DNA of 64,000 nucleotides from positions 1,179,459-1,243,458 of the forward strand of contig RDEW01000003.1 in NCBI GenBank assembly GCA_011109175.1. Direction: 5' to 3'. Made by a program: the position numbers and the translations under genes. Below the pieces are notes generated by a model. That model saw only the letters and a program-made list of their open reading frames with translations, had not been told where the DNA came from and ran no database searches. Positions 62,590 to 64,000 of the stretch are shown here, piece after piece; position 1 is the first letter of the stretch; the number at the start of each line of letters is the position of its first letter. This DNA is from Dicyema japonicum. Taxonomy: Eukaryota > Animalia > Dicyemida.

Positions 62590-63000
62590 AGAACTCACTT
62601 GTGAAACCAATACTCTTTTATAACGCAGGCATTTGGGCCTCCACAACACAAGAACTTGGAAAGCTGAACTCCTTCACGGACACCAGTTTCGGCATACCAT
62701 TTCCTCCTGGACCCATTCAAGACTGCCGTCCGATATTCTTTATAAGAGGAGGAGCACAGTTTTGACACATACTACTCGAAATGGATGTTTTTTTGACACA
62801 TACTACTTCTGGAACTGGGACCCCCCTGAACGTGGCCATGTCTGATTACTTTATTTTGACACTGAGGGTTACTCTACTAACAGTCCTTGACGAAGATCTT
62901 AAGAAAATTGGGAGACGTCTCAAGGACGGGGAAGACCTAGACAGTCTGCGAGATGAGGAAAATAATCGCCAGAGTTGGAAAAGGCTAACAGTCACCTGAT
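62590..63000 (+). mobile_element. RTE-like 3' fragment
   Basis: LFYNAGIW..HQFRH..NVAMSDYF..VTLLTVLDEDL..DLDSLR..RQSW, related to 7783-8100. Confidence 0.65.
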
Positions 63001-64000
63001 AATGCATTGTAAAGACATGACAGCATAAGTTCTTATAATAAAGGGGAAATAAAAAATGGAATCATGGATAAAAAAAGTGGTTAAAGAAACTCAGGATTCT
63101 TTTGATAATTTAATGGTGAAATGTTCTGCCTATCAATCGACTCGCTTAAGGGTTTCTATTCGTTTCGACAAAATTTGATGAAACAATCTAAACGCAGAGA
63201 TAAGATAATCGATTATTAAAAAATAAATTTTTAGTGTACAGTTGAGATCTGATGATTTACAAGACCCCTGTTTTGAGATACATGATGTTCCAATGTTAAA
63301 TCGGACTGTACTACATTAATATCACCCACTGAGATCACAAGTGGTCGTTTGTAGCCTCCAATCGCAAAGAACGCAAAATAAACGAGGATCGACTTATTCT
63401 AAAAAAATTACATGACGGAGGTTCTTAGAAACATAAAAACTACATAGCTGATGGAATTCTAGTATATGCACTTGGAATCTCCTTTTAACAAGCAACGAGA
63501 ACACCATTCTGGCTATACGGAACCATAAAATATCGATTCTAATAAGAAGTTCCAGCTCCCTATAAATCAGTTTTTCTACATTGCTTTTCCTCCAAGCTAT
63601 TAGAAAAAAACGATCTTTCAAAGATCAAGGACGTTGTGTGCGAAATTTCTTTACACCATGAGATTATAAAAACATTCTACTTCTCATTGACGTTCTGAGT
63701 CATTTCATCTGTTTTCGTAAACCCGGAGACGTGAAAACTGTGCTCTGCTTCGTGAATACGTACTAGGCCTTATTCCTTCTAAAAAAACTTAAGTCGATTC
63801 ATACACGCATGCACTTCGTAGGGATCCTCATCTTTGGGACCAATTTTGTCGAGGTTGCATACACTGACAGAACAGTGATTTTAAAAATAACTCCTTGCAA
63901 CCGACATTTCTGAAGTTCTTGATTAAATGAAAAGAGTGGGGTACTTTTTATCGGTATTGGATAGTTCCCCGACCATTACGAGTTTTGTGGGTTCGAGGGA

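Overview
This is AT-rich eukaryotic (animal) nuclear DNA from a draft scaffold, with two long N-gaps and six single-N joins. The ORF track looks fragmented because the host genes are split by very small spliceosomal introns, mostly 20-29 nt (GT-AG, at least two GC-AG). Splicing by hand recovers: a SMYD-type SET/MYND pseudogene; an ADAR/ADAD-like gene with two dsRBDs and all three Zn ligands substituted; an ~8.3-kb gene for a signal peptide-EGF-NIDO-AMOP-VWD-cbEGF-TM surface protein; a secreted EPN-type C-type lectin; LRRC56; two SLC17 transporter copies in a segmental duplication; REXO4; and a short TALE homeobox gene. The C-type lectin and the LRR domain of LRRC56 do not appear in the ORF track. 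Tiny introns, animal-specific genes and a motile-cilia gene point to a ciliated, genome-reduced animal; a dicyemid fits best, but this is inference. Intergenic DNA is a mosaic of short decayed TE pieces: a 2A-peptide-bearing APE-RT LINE family, many CRE-clade 3' ends, R4-like and RTE-like fragments, two hAT elements with exact 8-bp TSDs, a Tc1 remnant, a structured tRNA-derived SINE and two tRNA-Glu-like pseudogenes. These pieces are punctuated by near-pure A/T islands. There is no prokaryotic system or CRISPR array. All gene models are manual, and boundaries of decayed TEs are approximate.
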